A DNA stretch of 64,000 nt from Nitrospinota bacterium. GTDB lineage: Bacteria; UBA8248. Of the stretch, positions 61,373 through 64,000 are shown one piece after another (positions within the stretch are counted from its first letter, which is position 1; every line of letters begins with the position of its first letter). The position numbers were made by a program, and so were the translations under genes. The stretch spans positions 5,790 to 69,789 of the forward strand of contig JAPYQX010000001.1 of assembly GCA_029937135.1 (NCBI GenBank). Direction: 5' to 3'. The notes under the pieces are model-generated. The model worked only from the letters and a program-made list of their open reading frames with translations. It had not been told where the DNA came from and made no database searches.

Positions 61373-61712
61373 GGGCCGCTCCTGGGTTTCCTTCAATTTT
61401 CCGCTTTCATAAAAGACGGCGCTCTCCTGCGGAGGGGCCGGGGCCCGCTGAGGGCCGGGGCGGACGGATAATGGCTGAAAAGGGGGGATGGTACAAGGGA
61501 AAAATCATGATCTGGCCACGTTTTTCTCGGGGGGTGAATTCCCCCGCGATAGCCTGTTTTCATGCCCCGGCTGGCCATTTCGCCCTGTATTTGGAAATAT
61601 ACTCATCATATTCCTGGAATTCGGAAAATCAGGTGTTTGGCGCACGGGCCCCCGGCGCCGGAGGAACCTGCTCGAATAGCCGATTTTGGGGGTATTTCAT
61701 GGAGGATTCGTT

Positions 61713-62267
61713 TTGGAAAAGCCGATTCTGACGACCGACCTCAGCTCCACGCCCGGCGAGCGTCTTATCGAAAAGCCCGAGCTTCCGCCCGGCGGGACCG
61801 TTTCCCGCCAGTGGGCGGAGACGGAATGGACGGGCGACGGCCAAATCAAGGTGGGGCGAAAGGAGAAATTCGAGGTATTTTGCGACGAGCCGCCGCGTAT
61901 CGGCGGGCAGGACCGCTACCCTCAACCGCTCACCTATATCTGCATGGGCGTTGGGTTCTGACTACTCACTCAATTGGCGCGGTACGCGCACATGATGAAA
62001 GTCGAGATTAAGTCGGCAAGCTGCCGGGTGGAGATGGATTATTTCCTGAAAGGCTCGGTGCTCAAGGGGACAGTGGATTCCGGTTGTACGGAGACGCGCA
62101 CTTTTTTCCGGGTGGAAAGCGACGCCCCGGCCGATAAAATTGCCCTGCTCATCCGGAACGCAAAGCAGGGATGCTACGCAGAGCGTATGATCCAGTCCGC
62201 CGTTCCGCTCAAGAGCGAGGTCGAGCTGAACGGCGCTCCCCTTAGCCTGGAAGGCATCACGAAGTAA
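61713..62267 (+). CDS. OsmC/Ohr-family protein with an in-frame TGA at 61959-61961 (candidate selenocysteine codon; alternatively a nonsense mutation)
   Basis: ORFs 61686..61961 and 61974..62267 are in the same frame and together give a complete OsmC fold (..FEVFCDEPPRIGGQDRYPQPLTYICMGVGF-TGA-LLTQLARYAHMMKVEI...NAKQGCYAERMIQ). A TTG lies 7 nt after GGAGG. Confidence 0.55.
61977..61989 (+). other. GC-rich hairpin (GCGCG-GUA-CGCGC) 16 nt downstream of the in-frame UGA; candidate minimal bacterial SECIS-like element
   Basis: Directly visible. The apical loop contains G and U. The distance from the UGA falls in the 16-37 nt window reported for bacterial SECIS elements. Confidence 0.3.
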
Positions 62268-62333
62268 TCGATACCGGGCTGGGGGGGGGGCACCCGAGCC
62301 TCGCCTTTTTCCCGCCCTGCGGAGAGGCTCTCA

Positions 62334-63173
62334 ATGAAACAGTTGACCGACCGCGTTTTTTACATGAACAGATACCCCACGGTGGGGCTAGTCGTTACTT
62401 CCGAAGGCGTCGTTGCCATCGACGGGCCGATGAAGCCCGGCGACGCGATTGAATGGCGCGATTTCATCGCCTCGAAGGGGCCCCTTCGCTACCAGGTCAA
62501 TACCGAGCACCATCAGGACCACATCACATCGAACTGGTATCTGAAAGCGGAGAAAATTATTTCGAGTGAGGCGACCTACGCGGATTTTCTCACCTCCCTC
62601 ACTTCGCTGGAGGTGACGCGGGGGCGGATGCTGAAATACGATCCGGGTTGCGACGCCCTTTTGGAGGGATACGAAATCCGGTGGCCCGACATTACGTTCA
62701 AAAGCCGGATGACGCTTCGACTCGGGGGCGAGACTTTTCACCTCATCCATTCGCCCGGCCACACACGGGGGCAAACTGTCGTACATGCCGTGGAGGCGCG
62801 GGTCGCTTTCACGGCCGACAACATCACCCCGGGGAATTATCCCTTTTTTCACTCCGCCGCCGTTTGGGAGTGGTTCGAGTCGCTTGCTCTTCTCGAATCG
62901 CTCGATGTGGACTGGTACGTGCCGGGGCACGGGGAGCCTTGCAGGAAAGACGAAATCCCCCGGCAGCGGCAGATAATGTTCGACATCATCAACGAAATTA
63001 AAGAGCTTAAAAACCAGGGCCTCGGCCGGGAGGAGGTCCAGGAGCGGGTGAACTACATTGATCAGCCGGGTCTCGATCACCCACGCGTTCTGGGGCCCCG
63101 CGCCTATGAACTGCAAAAAGGGGGCGTAGGAAACATTTACGACGCGCTCGGCGATCATCCCTCAGGGCCTTGA
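62334..63173 (+). CDS. MBL-fold metallo-hydrolase
   Basis: HHQDH and HSPGHTRG motifs. Confidence 0.8.
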   Translation: MKQLTDRVFYMNRYPTVGLVVTSEGVVAIDGPMKPGDAIEWRDFIASKGPLRYQVNTEHHQDHITSNWYLKAEKIISSEATYADFLTSLTSLEVTRGRMLKYDPGCDALLEGYEIRWPDITFKSRMTLRLGGETFHLIHSPGHTRGQTVVHAVEARVAFTADNITPGNYPFFHSAAVWEWFESLALLESLDVDWYVPGHGEPCRKDEIPRQRQIMFDIINEIKELKNQGLGREEVQERVNYIDQPGLDHPRVLGPRAYELQKGGVGNIYDALGDHPSGP

Positions 63174-63376
63174 AACGGCCCTGGAAGTTTCTTGAAACCG
63201 CCGTGACGCTGCAGCGGGATTTCACTGATTCACCGGGTCCGGCCCGCTTCGGGCTGGCGTACCCCCGCTTTCCCGATATTGCCAATTTGCCCGCCTTGTA
63301 GTCGCCCGGGCGCGGAGGGTAAAATGAGCCGGGTCGGAGTTTGTTTTTTGGTCGCCTTAACTGGAGTGGTTTTTTC

Positions 63377-64000
63377 ATGGAATACATTCATGTAGATGAA
63401 ATCCCGGAATTGAACAATCCGCTTTTTGTCCTGGCTTTCGAGGGTTGGAATGACGCGGCCCAGTCGGCGACCATCGCGGCGAGGTACCTGGTTAACCGCT
63501 TCGACGGCAAGCGGTTCGCGGGGTTCAAGTCGGACGAATTTTTCCAGTTCTCGGATCAACGGCCGCACGTCCGCCTCGACATCGACGGAAACCGCATGAT
63601 CACCTGGCCCGAAAATTCGTTTTTTTATTGCAAGCATCCTGATTTGGCGCGTGACCTTGTGGTGTGCATTGGCGTTGAACCTCAATTGAGGTGGAAGTCA
63701 TTCAGCCGGGGCGTCATGGAGCTCATCCGCAGGTGCGGCTCCGGGCTCACGGTGACGATGGGCGGGCTACTGGCGGGAAACCCCCATGACGAGCCTCTGG
63801 AGCTTGTATGCCTCGCGACGGAGCCGCGGCTGGCCGCCCTCACGGGTGTCCAGGTGACGAAATACGAAGGGCCCACGGGGATCATCGGCGTTATTCACAC
63901 CGAGCTTCAGGATGCCCACATGCAGGCCGTGAGCCTTTGGGTCAACATTCCCCAGAAAATTTCATCGCTTCCGAATCCCAAGGGAGCCTATGCGCTCCTC
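63377..64000 (+). CDS. PAC2-family protein (3'-partial, continues past the window end)
   Basis: ATG 8 nt after GGAGTGG. VLAFEGWNDA near the N-terminus is typical of PAC2 / ATP-grasp-like proteasome-assembly-chaperone family proteins. No stop codon before position 64000. Confidence 0.65.
   Translation, partial: MEYIHVDEIPELNNPLFVLAFEGWNDAAQSATIAARYLVNRFDGKRFAGFKSDEFFQFSDQRPHVRLDIDGNRMITWPENSFFYCKHPDLARDLVVCIGVEPQLRWKSFSRGVMELIRRCGSGLTVTMGGLLAGNPHDEPLELVCLATEPRLAALTGVQVTKYEGPTGIIGVIHTELQDAHMQAVSLWVNIPQKISSLPNPKGAYALL

Noticed and set aside
61686-62267. Treating 61686..61961 and 61974..62267 as two separate small genes
   Set aside because: They are in the same frame, separated only by one TGA and 4 sense codons, and only together make one OsmC fold. 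The second ORF would lack a plausible RBS.

Overview
This 64 kb window is high-GC (about 60-65%) bacterial chromosomal DNA. The gene content suggests an anaerobic Gram-negative lineage, possibly deltaproteobacteria-like. I did not find rRNA, tRNA, CRISPR arrays or mobile elements. About 58 protein-coding genes are supported; most are housekeeping. A complete Tol-Pal cluster is present (tolQ-tolR-tolA-tolB-pal-cpoB). Peptidoglycan-recycling genes are present (anmK, a soluble lytic transglycosylase, nagA). There is a gluconeogenic fba-fbp operon. A tungsten-type aldehyde:ferredoxin oxidoreductase cluster resembles the three-subunit AorABC arrangement and ends in a MoaD-like gene. Core genes include ligA, glyA, typA, mreB, galU, bioD and scoAB. 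The parts that deserve a second look are as follows. (1) An OsmC/Ohr-family gene carries an in-frame TGA followed 16 nt later by a GC hairpin; it is a candidate selenoprotein. (2) Two tandem cNMP-binding-domain paralogs are broken by three +1/-1 frameshifts, each at a homopolymer tract. (3) A 1246-aa membrane-anchored, extremely acidic low-complexity protein has a C-terminal TPR domain (HubP/FimV-like architecture) and a 114-bp near-identical internal repeat. It sits in an apparent operon with a low-GC orphan gene, nagA and a D-aminoacylase. (4) A GAF-GAF-degenerate-GGDEF gene overlaps the mreB start. (5) Several intergenic regions contain short tandem repeats and perfect palindromes. All coordinates were derived by hand from the sequence and the ORF track. 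Start codons are the least certain element.
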